A stretch of 64,000 nucleotides of DNA, taken from assembly GCA_903870365.1 (NCBI GenBank), contig CAIQCQ010000038.1, forward strand, positions 7,478 through 71,477, given 5' to 3'. The DNA is from an uncultured bacterium. GTDB lineage: Bacteria; Patescibacteriota; Minisyncoccia; Phycocordibacterales; DATDWN01. A program made the position numbers and the translations under genes. Of this stretch, positions 37,573 to 46,466 are shown in pieces (position 1 is the first letter of the stretch; each line of letters starts with the position of its first letter). The notes under the pieces were generated by a model. That model did not search any database. It was given only the letters and a program-made list of their open reading frames with translations, and was not told the DNA's origin.

Positions 37573-38259
37573 GTGAATATAGATATACAAAAAAATAAAA
37601 ACAAAAGATTACTCATTTTTGCCTCGGGGTCAAAAGACGGTGGGGGATCTGGTTTTGCAAAACTGGTAGAAGCCCGTGATGCTGGAGTATTACAGGCAGA
37701 CATTGTTGGGGTGGTCTCTAATCATGAACATGGTGGGGTGTATGAAAAAGCAGTCAAATTAAACATTCAATTTTACTATTTTCCCTTACCTCGAGAAGCA
37801 GAGGACTATCAAAAACTGGTGACTCAAACTGGTGCAGATTACGTGGCTTTGTCTGGCTGGCTCAAACTAGTCCGTGGGTTGGATCCTCAGACGACTTTTA
37901 ACATCCACCCTGGGCCACTGAGACGGTTTGGTGGAGCAGGTATGTATGGTCACCACGTTCATGAAGCGGTGATCGAGGCGTATAAAGCTGGCACTGTCAC
38001 ACATGCCGGTGTCTCGATGCACTTTGTGACTGAAAAGTTTGATGAAGGTCCGTTATTTTTTGAAGTGGCTGTGGCTATACATCCAGATGACGACGCTTTG
38101 AAACTGGGGGCACGAGTCAATCGAGCGGAACATGTCTACCAACCAATGGTTACTGATGCGGTGGTCAATGGTCGGATACACTGGGATGGCAAGAACAAAG
38201 CATCACTCGTGGTGCCAGACGAATTTACGAATTTACCGGTGTTTGATGATAGTGAGTAA
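37573..38259 (+). CDS. Formyltransferase-family protein (PurN-like N-terminal domain)
   Basis: NIHPGPLRRFGGAGMYGHHVHEAV and HFVTEKFDEGP resemble the PurN NIHPSLLP and H..D catalytic motifs; GC above average. Confidence 0.55.
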   Translation: MNIDIQKNKNKRLLIFASGSKDGGGSGFAKLVEARDAGVLQADIVGVVSNHEHGGVYEKAVKLNIQFYYFPLPREAEDYQKLVTQTGADYVALSGWLKLVRGLDPQTTFNIHPGPLRRFGGAGMYGHHVHEAVIEAYKAGTVTHAGVSMHFVTEKFDEGPLFFEVAVAIHPDDDALKLGARVNRAEHVYQPMVTDAVVNGRIHWDGKNKASLVVPDEFTNLPVFDDSE

Positions 38260-38377
38260 TAAACAAAGGACTCTGAGTAATCAGAGTTCTTTTTGTATGG
38301 TATGTGAATTGTTCGTCATTCCCGTCTGCATGGGAATGACAGAGGGGAACAAACTGATATTGTGCTAAAATACCGGG

Positions 38378-38869
38378 ATGAAAGAATCCATTACCAGTGC
38401 AGAGGCAATGAAAGGTTTCGCTGATAAATTTTTGTCACGTATACAACCGCGGGGTAAGACGGCTACTGTGGTGGGTCTGTATGGTGACCTTGGTGCAGGT
38501 AAGACGACATTTACTCAAGCTGTAGCTGAGGCACTAGGCATTACAGAGTCTGTAGTTAGTCCGACGTTTGTTATAATGAAAAGGTATGAGATAAGAGATA
38601 TGAGACACGAGATACGAGAGGAAAAATCAAACGTAAATCAAATCTCAAATCTCATTTCTCATTTCTCAACATTATTTCACATTGATGCGTACCGTTTGGA
38701 GAAAAGTTCTGAACTTCTCAATCTTGGTTGGTCTGATATTATTTCTCATCCCGAGAATTTGATTTTGATCGAGTGGCCAGAGCGGGTGGCGGATGTGATG
38801 CCAGAGCATATTAAAATTAATTTTACTCATGTGTCAGAGAATGAGCGGGAAGTGGAAATAATAGATTAA
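38378..38869 (+). CDS. tsaE: tRNA t6A37 biosynthesis protein TsaE, with in-frame repeat insertion
   Basis: P-loop GLYGDLGAGKTTF, SPTFVIMKRY, IDAYRL, LIEWPE; about 25 extra residues EIRDMRHEIREEKSNVNQISNLISHFS come from repeat family 1. Confidence 0.8.
   Translation: MKESITSAEAMKGFADKFLSRIQPRGKTATVVGLYGDLGAGKTTFTQAVAEALGITESVVSPTFVIMKRYEIRDMRHEIREEKSNVNQISNLISHFSTLFHIDAYRLEKSSELLNLGWSDIISHPENLILIEWPERVADVMPEHIKINFTHVSENEREVEIID
38586..38668. repeat. Heptamer-type palindromic repeat, family 1, in frame within tsaE
   Basis: atgagataagagatatgagacacgagatacgagagg ... aaatcaaatctcaaatctcatttctcatttctc. Confidence 0.65.
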
Positions 38870-38893
38870 TTTCGAAATTCAAAATTTATAACC
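38868..38893. repeat. Heptamer-type repeat, family 2, short copy between tsaE and polA
   Basis: taatttcgaaattcaaaatttataacc. Confidence 0.4.
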
Positions 38894-41278
38894 ATGTCTG
38901 AAAAAAAAATTAAAAAAGAAAAAGGAGGTGGTAAGCCAAAAACATTGGTACTGCTCGATGCTCACGCTATTCTCCATCGAGCCTATCACGCTCTACCGGA
39001 CTTCCGTTCGACTACTGGTGAGCCGACGGGGGCACTGTACGGCTTTTGTACGTTTCTTATGAAGATGATCAAGGATCTCAAACCTGACTATGTAGCAGGT
39101 TGTTATGACTTGCCAGAGCCGACCCTACGTCACGAGGTCTATGCTGACTACAAAGGTACGCGTAAAGAAACCGACCAGGATCTCAAGGTTCAGTTAGAGC
39201 GTTCAAAAGATATTTGTCGAGCCTTTAATATACCGATATATTCATCGCCAGGCTTTGAAGCAGACGATATGTTGGGGACTATTGTGGAACAGACAAAGAA
39301 TGACAAACATCTACATATCATTATCGCGTCTGGTGATATGGATACCATGCAGTTGGTCCGAGGTGATGAAGTCCAAGTATATACTTTAAAAAAGGGTATT
39401 AAAGAAACTATTGTCTATGATGAGTTGGCTGTGCTCGAACGTTTTGGTTTTGGTCCAAAACTCTTGCCAGATTATAAAGGTCTCCGGGGTGATGCATCGG
39501 ATAACATTATCGGTATTTCTGGTATTGGTGAAAAGACCGCAGAAATTTTAATTAAAACATTTGGCACGATTGAGGAGATGTATAAGAAACTTGAAGCTGG
39601 AAGCTGGAATCTTGATGAAGCAAAAAAGATAGGAATAACAAAGGGAATATTAGAAAAGTTGAAGAATGGAAAAGAGGAAGCATTATTTTCTAAAATGCTC
39701 GCTACTATTCGTCGGGATGCCCCTGTACATTTTGTGATTCCAGAACAAGAGTGGATTGAATCTGTCGATCAAGAAAAAGTTTTGAAGTTTTTGTCTGATT
39801 TGGATTTTCGATCACTCAAAGCCAAGGTCTCAGAAGTTTTTAATTTTACCAATACAGAAGAGACAGTGGATATCTCACCAGCTGACTTAAAAGAGGTCCA
39901 AATAATGTTCTGGGTTATTGATTCAAATAAAACCGATCCGTCACTCGATGATATCTTGGCCTTTACTAAAACATCGGATGTGATCAGTGCCAAAGAGAAA
40001 CTGTTGCATATGATACACGATCAGGGAATTGATGATATTTGGCAGACCATTGAAAAACCACTCATGCCGATTATTGAAGACATGCAAACAGTGGGTGTGA
40101 AGGTGGATAGGGGGGTGCTGGCACAGTTGTCAGAAATTGATCATAAAAAGTTGGCTACATTGGAAAAAGAAATCTGGGCTATGGCTGGGACGGAGTTTAA
40201 TATTGCTTCACCAAAACAGCTTGGAGTGGTCTTGTTTGAAACACTTGGACTTGGTGGTAAAAACCAAAAGAAAACATCGACTGGCGGCTTTTCAACAAAA
40301 GAGTCTGAACTAGAAAAACTGAAAGACGTCCACCCGATCGCTGGTAAGATATTAGAGTACCGTGAATTAGCTAAACTTCTCGGTACATACATCGATGCTA
40401 TTCCAAAACTACTCGATGACCAGTCGCGGGTGCACAGTACCTTTTATCAAAATGGTTCAGCGACCGGACGTATGTCCAGTGAAAACCCAAACTTGCAGAA
40501 CATACCGATCAAGAGTGAGCTCGGTCGTGAGATCCGTACGGCGTTCATTGCGGATAAGGGTAATGTCTTGTTGTCATTTGATTATTCACAAATTGAACTT
40601 CGCATTGCTGCTTTTTTATCTGGTGATAAAAAATTGATTGAAATCTTCAAACAAGGCAAAGATATTCACACTGCTGTGGCGAGCCAGATGTTTGGTATTG
40701 AGGAGGAGGACGTAACCAAAGAAATGCGTCGCCGAGCCAAGACTATCAACTTTGGAGTGATGTACGGTATGGGCGTGTTGGCACTCAAAGCCAACCTTGG
40801 CGTGTCACGCGAAGAGGCTCAGGAATTTTTGGACGGTTACTTTAATACCTATGCAGGGTTGGCTGAATACTTGGAAGACGTCAAACATGAAGCGCGACAA
40901 AAAGGCTATACTGAAACTTTTTTCGGTCGTCGCCGATATTTTCCAGATCTACATTCAAAACTACCATTTATAAAAGCCGCAGCCGAGCGTATGGCTATCA
41001 ATGCACCAATACAGGGGACAGAGGCAGATATTGTGAAGTTGGCCATGGTACAGATTCACGAATATTTGAAAAAAGAAAAGTTGGATAAAGATGTCCGACT
41101 GACAATGCAAGTGCATGATGAATTAGTCTATGAAGTAAAATCAACACTAGCAGAAAAAATTGTACCAAAAATTCGTGAGATTATGGAGAGTGTTATTGAT
41201 CCAAAAGATACGTCGGGTGTTGTTTGTGTGGCGGAAGCGTCTATCGGTGATAATTGGAACAGTATGAGAGAACTATAA
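38894..41278 (+). CDS. polA: DNA polymerase I
   Basis: 5'-3' exonuclease N-domain, polymerase motifs RRRAKTINFGVMYGMG and QVHDELVYEV; middle domain looks degenerate for 3'-5' exonuclease. Confidence 0.95.
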   Translation: MSEKKIKKEKGGGKPKTLVLLDAHAILHRAYHALPDFRSTTGEPTGALYGFCTFLMKMIKDLKPDYVAGCYDLPEPTLRHEVYADYKGTRKETDQDLKVQLERSKDICRAFNIPIYSSPGFEADDMLGTIVEQTKNDKHLHIIIASGDMDTMQLVRGDEVQVYTLKKGIKETIVYDELAVLERFGFGPKLLPDYKGLRGDASDNIIGISGIGEKTAEILIKTFGTIEEMYKKLEAGSWNLDEAKKIGITKGILEKLKNGKEEALFSKMLATIRRDAPVHFVIPEQEWIESVDQEKVLKFLSDLDFRSLKAKVSEVFNFTNTEETVDISPADLKEVQIMFWVIDSNKTDPSLDDILAFTKTSDVISAKEKLLHMIHDQGIDDIWQTIEKPLMPIIEDMQTVGVKVDRGVLAQLSEIDHKKLATLEKEIWAMAGTEFNIASPKQLGVVLFETLGLGGKNQKKTSTGGFSTKESELEKLKDVHPIAGKILEYRELAKLLGTYIDAIPKLLDDQSRVHSTFYQNGSATGRMSSENPNLQNIPIKSELGREIRTAFIADKGNVLLSFDYSQIELRIAAFLSGDKKLIEIFKQGKDIHTAVASQMFGIEEEDVTKEMRRRAKTINFGVMYGMGVLALKANLGVSREEAQEFLDGYFNTYAGLAEYLEDVKHEARQKGYTETFFGRRRYFPDLHSKLPFIKAAAERMAINAPIQGTEADIVKLAMVQIHEYLKKEKLDKDVRLTMQVHDELVYEVKSTLAEKIVPKIREIMESVIDPKDTSGVVCVAEASIGDNWNSMREL

Positions 41279-41329
41279 AAAATGACCCAAACCTTTTAAG
41301 GTCTGGATCATTGTTTGTTTGAATTGGTT

Positions 41330-41674
41330 TTAGATTTCTCTAAAACCTGCTGGAATAGCTGCTCGTGCCACTATTTCTGGTTGAGCACTTTGATATGAAA
41401 ATCTGAATTCTACCTTTGCAACTTCAACAAAAAAACTGTCTGGAATACGAGATTGTAAACTTAGTAACTCATCCAAAATTTCTTTTGTTTTTTCTCGTGC
41501 TTCTGATTCTGTCTCAGCCATGAATGTTTCGTTGATGACTGTTTCTCTCAAACTCGTGTGATCTGGCTCACCCCTTTCCGAGTCTTTTTCAAGAAAGCCG
41601 ATTGAACCAATGATATAGAATTTAGTCACGTTTCCTCCCAAGTCATTTTTAGCAAATGGTTGTATAATAGTCAA
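41330..41674 (-). CDS. Hypothetical protein
   Basis: 114 aa, no motif recognised. Confidence 0.3.
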   Translation of the reverse strand: MTIIQPFAKNDLGGNVTKFYIIGSIGFLEKDSERGEPDHTSLRETVINETFMAETESEAREKTKEILDELLSLQSRIPDSFFVEVAKVEFRFSYQSAQPEIVARAAIPAGFREI

Positions 41675-42394
41675 ACTTTAATGTATTACTTTCTCCACGG
41701 AAAAAATAATAAGGAGGCACGAAAGAAACTCAAGTCGTTGACAGAGATTTTGCATAGCAAACGACCAGATTCAGAAATTTTTCGTATACATGATGAAAAC
41801 TGGAGCGATGCCCAGTTTGATGAGCTGCTCGTGGCCCAAGGACTATTTGATCAAAAGTATATTATCGTTCTTGACTCATTATTTGATGATGCAGCTGTCA
41901 AAGAACGAATATTGGATCGAGCCAAAGATATGAAAGAATCAGAAAATGTCTTTCTTGTTTTGGAAGGTGATACGGATAAAAAGACTCTCGACAAGATTTC
42001 TAAACATGCCGACAAAGTTCAAGAATTTGATGGTGATGTGGTAAAAGTTGAGCGGTTTAATACCTTTGGACTGGCAGATGCATTTGGTCGAAGAGATAAA
42101 AAAAGTTTGTGGGTTGGGTACCTTCAGGCGATCGACCTCGGTATTTCGCCGGAAGAGATTTGTGGTGTACTCTTTTGGCAGATTAAAAGTATTATCTTGG
42201 CCATGAAGACAAACTCAAGTAAAGAATCAAAACTCTCGCCGTATGTCGACAGTAAGGCACGAGGCTTTGCTAAAAATTTTACTATAGGAGAAATATCAAA
42301 TTATGCACATGCACTGGTCGAAGCTACACAGGCTGTGCGTCAGGGTGAGGGGGAGATGGAAGTGCTATTGGAAAGGATTGTCTTGAATGTATGA
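41660..42394 (+). CDS. DNA polymerase III delta subunit-like (HolA-like)
   Basis: Overall size and C-terminal pattern ADAFGRRDKKSLWVGYLQAIDLGISPEEICGVLFWQIKSII resemble HolA domain III. Confidence 0.45.
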   Translation: MYNSQTLMYYFLHGKNNKEARKKLKSLTEILHSKRPDSEIFRIHDENWSDAQFDELLVAQGLFDQKYIIVLDSLFDDAAVKERILDRAKDMKESENVFLVLEGDTDKKTLDKISKHADKVQEFDGDVVKVERFNTFGLADAFGRRDKKSLWVGYLQAIDLGISPEEICGVLFWQIKSIILAMKTNSSKESKLSPYVDSKARGFAKNFTIGEISNYAHALVEATQAVRQGEGEMEVLLERIVLNV

Positions 42395-42455
42395 TATATA
42401 TACATTGTGTATTTCAAAAAAAACAACTTTTTTACAAGTTGTTTTTTTTGAAATG

Positions 42456-42761
42456 TTATGCGCGTCGGTGTTCTTGCTCGTATGACTCACTGGAGCCACC
42501 CCAGAGTCCAAGGATAAGAGTGAGTGCTCCTATGCCACCAAATGTCCACACGAGAGTTGTATCAATAGAACTAGCAACAGCAATAGAAATAATTATCAAG
42601 CAAAGTCCAAGAAGTGCGTTTACGTAATTTTGCCACATATATGTTGGGTTAGTTTTTTTGATAAACAAATCATTAATGACTAAAATATACAAGAAATATA
42701 TAAGAACAGAATCTTTTCTATTACAAAATCGTGCTAAAAAAGTTGAGACTAGGGCGACCAA
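42456..42761 (-). CDS. Small membrane protein
   Basis: Two TM helices; competes with an overlapping plus-strand ORF 42391..42627. Confidence 0.3.
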   Translation of the reverse strand: MVALVSTFLARFCNRKDSVLIYFLYILVINDLFIKKTNPTYMWQNYVNALLGLCLIIISIAVASSIDTTLVWTFGGIGALTLILGLWGGSSESYEQEHRRA

Positions 42762-43011
42762 CTCCCCAGTCGGAACCCGTATTATGGATACTAATATATA
42801 ATTTTAGAACGTAAAAAATCAATTATCTTGGTGGATATTCTGTGCATAAGATGTGTATTTCGTGGGGGCGTGTGGGGAGAGTGAGGTACCAATATTTTTG
42901 AAGTGGATTCTGTGGATGTTTATTCGTTTTGTTGTGGTCATGCATAGTTTTCTGTTGAAAACTTGCACGACCCTGACTCGCGCCGTCGCGCTCCGTCTCG
43001 CACACGTAAAC

Positions 43012-43037
43012 AAAAACAGCATACCAATGCTGTTTTT
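43012..43037. terminator. Bidirectional rho-independent terminator
   Basis: AAAAACAGCAT-acca-ATGCTGTTTTT. Confidence 0.6.
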
Positions 43038-43040
43038 AAA

Positions 43041-43212
43041 TCGTGTGCGCCCAGCAAGGTGATCTCCCTCGAATTTTCAAAATCGTCATTTTGAAAATTC
43101 TGGGCACCAGATTGGCGACAAACTCTACTGATTTCGTATACCGCCAATCTGTTCGATCCCTAACACAAAGCTTTGCTTTGTTCTGGTGCCACAAAATTCC
43201 TTTGAAATTTTG
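43041..43212 (-). mobile_element. Miniature tRNA-3'-end-associated structured element (copy L), bounded by a direct repeat of the tRNA-Lys 3' end
   Basis: Begins right after tRNA-Lys and ends with CCTTGCTGGGCGCACA (43044-43061, versus tRNA 3' end CCTGCTGGGCGCACA); 88-nt core shared with 52521-52701; four perfectly paired hairpins. Confidence 0.55.
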
Positions 43213-43285
43213 TGCGCCCAGCAGGGATCGAACCTGCGACCTTGTCCTTAAAAGGGACCTGCTCTACCGACTGAGCTATAGGCGC
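43213..43285 (-). tRNA. tRNA-Lys, anticodon UUU
   Basis: Reverse complement GCGCCTATAGCTCAGTCGGTAGAGCAGGTCCCTTTTAAGGACAAGGTCGCAGGTTCGATCCCTGCTGGGCGCA folds as a cloverleaf. Confidence 0.85.
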
Positions 43286-43368
43286 GTATAAGACAAAATA
43301 TATCAGAAAAACAGAAAAAGTCCAACAAAATATAGATGGTTTTCGATATTGGTAAAAAAATCGAACCC

Positions 43369-43719
43369 CTACAGAGGATAGTCCAAAGCAAAAGAACCAG
43401 GACCGAGGAAGAGGAGGGCGAGGGCGACGACACATGCAAGAGCGAGGATTATTTTTTCAGATTGATTTTCCACCTTTTTATCCATGATATATTCAAAACC
43501 AAGGAGGGCGATCACAGCAAGGAGTGCTCCTTGGGTGTAGAGACCCAGGAGAATCATGAAGCCTACTACAAACTCAAGGCCAGCAAATTGAATATGTTTT
43601 TTCTGCCATTGTACACGTCCGGCACGTAATACAACCCACACAACAAGTAGTCGGAGTACGAGGTAGGCGAGAAGGGGGTATGAGAGAAGATTGGGAAATA
43701 ATGCGAGTGGGTGTAACAT
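43369..43719 (-). CDS. Small polytopic membrane protein (DoxX-like)
   Basis: Four hydrophobic helices, GC-rich; family assignment tentative. Confidence 0.35.
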   Translation of the reverse strand: MLHPLALFPNLLSYPLLAYLVLRLLVVWVVLRAGRVQWQKKHIQFAGLEFVVGFMILLGLYTQGALLAVIALLGFEYIMDKKVENQSEKIILALACVVALALLFLGPGSFALDYPL

Positions 43720-43769
43720 CTCTCTATACTACTATTGATTTTGTTTGATGACAATGCGACTATGGGCAC

Positions 43770-44243
43770 ATGATACAAGATACTCGAGTTATTCTCCATA
43801 ATATCCGCAGCACGCACAATGTGGGGTCGATATTCCGGACGGCAGATGCGGCGGGTGTATCACATATATACATCTCTGGATATACCCCGACACCAATTGA
43901 CAAATTTGGACGAAAACAAAAAGATATTGCCAAGACGGCACTTGGGGCAGAGGATAGTGTGCATTGGGAATATATTGAAAATCTCACTAAATATATTGCT
44001 CATTTGAAAAAAGACGGTTATACAATTGTGGCTGTTGAACAAAGTAAAAAGTCAGTTGATTATAAGACGGTTGTTTTGAGAGATAAGTCCGTAGTCATTG
44101 TGGGGAATGAAGTGTTGGGTATGTCACCAACTCTCCTCAAGCAGTGTGACGTGGTAGCAGAGATACCAATGCGAGGCAAGAAAGAGTCTCTCAATGTGTC
44201 AGTGGCTTTTGGTATTGCTTTGTTTCGGATGCTCGGGATATGA
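43770..44243 (+). CDS. SpoU-class (TrmH/TrmL-like) RNA 2'-O-methyltransferase
   Basis: NVGSIFRTADAAG, VVGNE, LNVSVAFGIALF SPOUT motifs. Confidence 0.8.
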   Translation: MIQDTRVILHNIRSTHNVGSIFRTADAAGVSHIYISGYTPTPIDKFGRKQKDIAKTALGAEDSVHWEYIENLTKYIAHLKKDGYTIVAVEQSKKSVDYKTVVLRDKSVVIVGNEVLGMSPTLLKQCDVVAEIPMRGKKESLNVSVAFGIALFRMLGI

Positions 44244-44531
44244 TGAGGATAGAGGTGTTCTTGTGTTATCGTCGAATGCTGTAGATAGATCGTTGGGCTT
44301 GAGAACAAGTGTTGGCCGGTATGGGCCAAAGACTGAAGAGTCTTTGCAGGCACCGCCGGTGATAGAGTCAGCACCAAAGAGGTGGCGGAAACTGGCTTCA
44401 GTGAAGCTAGGAGTAAAAGTTCCTGAAGTTAATAAAACTCGGGAAATAATAAAAAAATCAGGAAGAGCAGATCGAGGAAAAATGGAAAGGAGAATTGATG
44501 TATAAGCGAGACAGAAATGTCTCGCTTTTTC

Positions 44532-45353
44532 CTAGCGTGCAATCGTTTGTACAGACTTGCCGGTGTTGTCGATGAGGGTGACGGACTCTCGTTCTACATT
44601 CCATAATGTACTATCACGATTGAGATAGACATACCATTTTTTTGGTGAATAGAAATCACTATCTTTTTTATGAAGATCAACGCAACCTTGGTAGGTGAGT
44701 GTGGTAGAGAAAAACTGCTGGCATTGGCTGGTATAGGTATTATCGAGTGCTTGTGAATGTATGCTACATGCAGCTGTTTGGTCTATGAGATCGAGACAGT
44801 TATTGTTGATGGGTGATTTGGTTATACCTACACTTTCTTGTTGGGGTGTGGGGCATTGGGTGTATAAACCTGGAGTAAACGTATTGGTCTGTGATAAATA
44901 TCCAGAACAAATATTTGCGCGTATGCCATAGCCTATGGGTGATCTGCCAGTGATAATGTAGGCTTGTTCACCAGGATAGAGCAGTACGTCATCTTGGTCA
45001 TTTGTAAATTGGGCTGAGTAGAGGTTTGTACTATGAGTGATGGTCACGTCTTGATGTGTATCATTGTTGTGGATTTTCCATCCAGTGATGTCTATCGGGT
45101 TTTGTCCATTGTTGATGACCTCGACGTATTCTTGATTTGGGTTGTTAGAAAAAGAACCCCAGCTAAAATACGTAGTATTTGTATATGATGAAGCTGGTGG
45201 TGGTGTGTTTGTTGTTGTGGCAACAGTGGATTGAGGAGGAGCTAAAAGAGCAAAATTTTGGAGACCAAAAATATTGGCGTTTTTAGCACCACCAAAGAGA
45301 GCGATTGCGATGATGCCACCGAGTACTACTATTGGAAATAAAAAATCATCCAT
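44532..45353 (-). CDS. Membrane-anchored protein with lamin-tail-domain-like segment
   Basis: N-terminal TM; EYVEVINNGQNPIDITGWKI resembles the LTD motif; Cys-rich C-terminal half. Confidence 0.45.
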   Translation of the reverse strand: MDDFLFPIVVLGGIIAIALFGGAKNANIFGLQNFALLAPPQSTVATTTNTPPPASSYTNTTYFSWGSFSNNPNQEYVEVINNGQNPIDITGWKIHNNDTHQDVTITHSTNLYSAQFTNDQDDVLLYPGEQAYIITGRSPIGYGIRANICSGYLSQTNTFTPGLYTQCPTPQQESVGITKSPINNNCLDLIDQTAACSIHSQALDNTYTSQCQQFFSTTLTYQGCVDLHKKDSDFYSPKKWYVYLNRDSTLWNVERESVTLIDNTGKSVQTIAR

Positions 45354-45386
45354 AATATAGAATGTTCATATTTGGCGCCCCGCGTT

Positions 45387-45433
45387 GTTGCTCGCCGATA
45401 AGAATTCTCCATCGTAGCTATAGTACGCCTACG
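45387..45433. repeat. Palindromic repeat (family 3-like), GATAAGAATTC ... GAATTCTTATC
   Basis: Perfect 11-bp inverted repeat with 25-nt spacer between the LTD gene and fpg. Confidence 0.5.
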
Positions 45434-45500
45434 AATTCTTATCTAGCTCGCGCCTAGCAGGGCATCCAAATCTGAGCATTCTATTAATGATATATTATTC

Positions 45501-46466
45501 TTACTGTTGATGCACGGAACAAAAGTGTGTGGATCGTCCACCGATGATTTTGCGAAGAATAACGCCAGAGCATCCACGCTTTTGACATGTCTTGCCGGTC
45601 TGGCGGTATGCTCGGTGCGAGTTTTGATAACCACCACGCTCACCATGAATGTTGCGGTAATCTGACATTGAGTCGCCACCGACGGTAATGGAGTGGGAGA
45701 GGATGCGACGGGCGTGCCAGAGGATATTGCGCACGTCTTTGTCAGATAGTTTTTTGACTTGTCGTTCGGGGTGGATGCCAGAGGCCCAGAGGATTTCGTC
45801 AGAGTAAATGTTGCCAATACCGGCGATGATTGTTTGGTCCATCAAGACTGTTTTGATTTTACCAGCAGGTTTTTTGGACAAGCGATCTTTGAGGATGTTC
45901 CACGTGATACTGAGGTCATTGGCTTCTGGACCTAGAGTGGTGATGTCGGCGTGGTCACGAAGGATACCAGTTTCTACCAGAGTGACTTTGGCAAATTTGC
46001 GCATGTCGGAGAAAGCGAGGGATTTGCCGTTGTCGAATTGGATGAGAAAGTGGATGAATTGATTAAAGGGATCAGATAAGTGCTTATCCGAGCTTATCCA
46101 CTCATAATTACGCTCTGATGTTTTTGTTTTCTTAGCATCCTCCTTAATTTCTAATTTCGAATTTCTAATTTCTAATCTTTCATATTTTCCATAGAGTAAA
46201 TGGCCAGTCATTTTCATATGTATCAACACTGTTTTATTGCCAGACAGGTGTATTAGCACATTTTTTCCTCGCCGCTCGGCCGAGACAAATTTTTTCCCGG
46301 TAATTTCTTTTTGAAAACGTTCAAAAAATGTTTTGTTTTTAATAGTGTCCGTCCGTTTGTTTTTGGTGTTCACAAAATAGTCCGTCCAGACTAGAGCGAC
46401 GGTGTGATTTTTCAGAACTTTGTTCAGACCATTGACGGTCGTTTGGACTTCGGGTAACTCTGGCAT
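45501..46466 (-). CDS. fpg: Formamidopyrimidine-DNA glycosylase (Fpg/MutM), with in-frame repeat insertion
   Basis: N-terminal MPELPEV, H2TH, C-terminal zinc finger CQKRGCSGVILRKIIGGRSTHFCSVHQ; about 40 aa longer than typical because of KLEIRNSKLEIKEDAKK from repeat family 2. Confidence 0.85.
   Translation of the reverse strand: MPELPEVQTTVNGLNKVLKNHTVALVWTDYFVNTKNKRTDTIKNKTFFERFQKEITGKKFVSAERRGKNVLIHLSGNKTVLIHMKMTGHLLYGKYERLEIRNSKLEIKEDAKKTKTSERNYEWISSDKHLSDPFNQFIHFLIQFDNGKSLAFSDMRKFAKVTLVETGILRDHADITTLGPEANDLSITWNILKDRLSKKPAGKIKTVLMDQTIIAGIGNIYSDEILWASGIHPERQVKKLSDKDVRNILWHARRILSHSITVGGDSMSDYRNIHGERGGYQNSHRAYRQTGKTCQKRGCSGVILRKIIGGRSTHFCSVHQQ
46142..46177. repeat. Heptamer-type repeat, family 2, in frame within fpg
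   Basis: ccttaatttctaatttcgaatttctaatttctaatc. Confidence 0.6.

Noticed and set aside
42391-42627. Plus-strand 78-aa ORF overlapping the minus-strand membrane-protein ORF
   Set aside because: Only one is likely real. The minus-strand product has two clean TM helices; the plus-strand product is Cys/Arg-rich low complexity. Neither is certain.
45443-45817. Minus-strand 124-aa ORF overlapping fpg
   Set aside because: Alternative frame of the well-supported fpg gene, with a low-complexity S/T/P-rich product.
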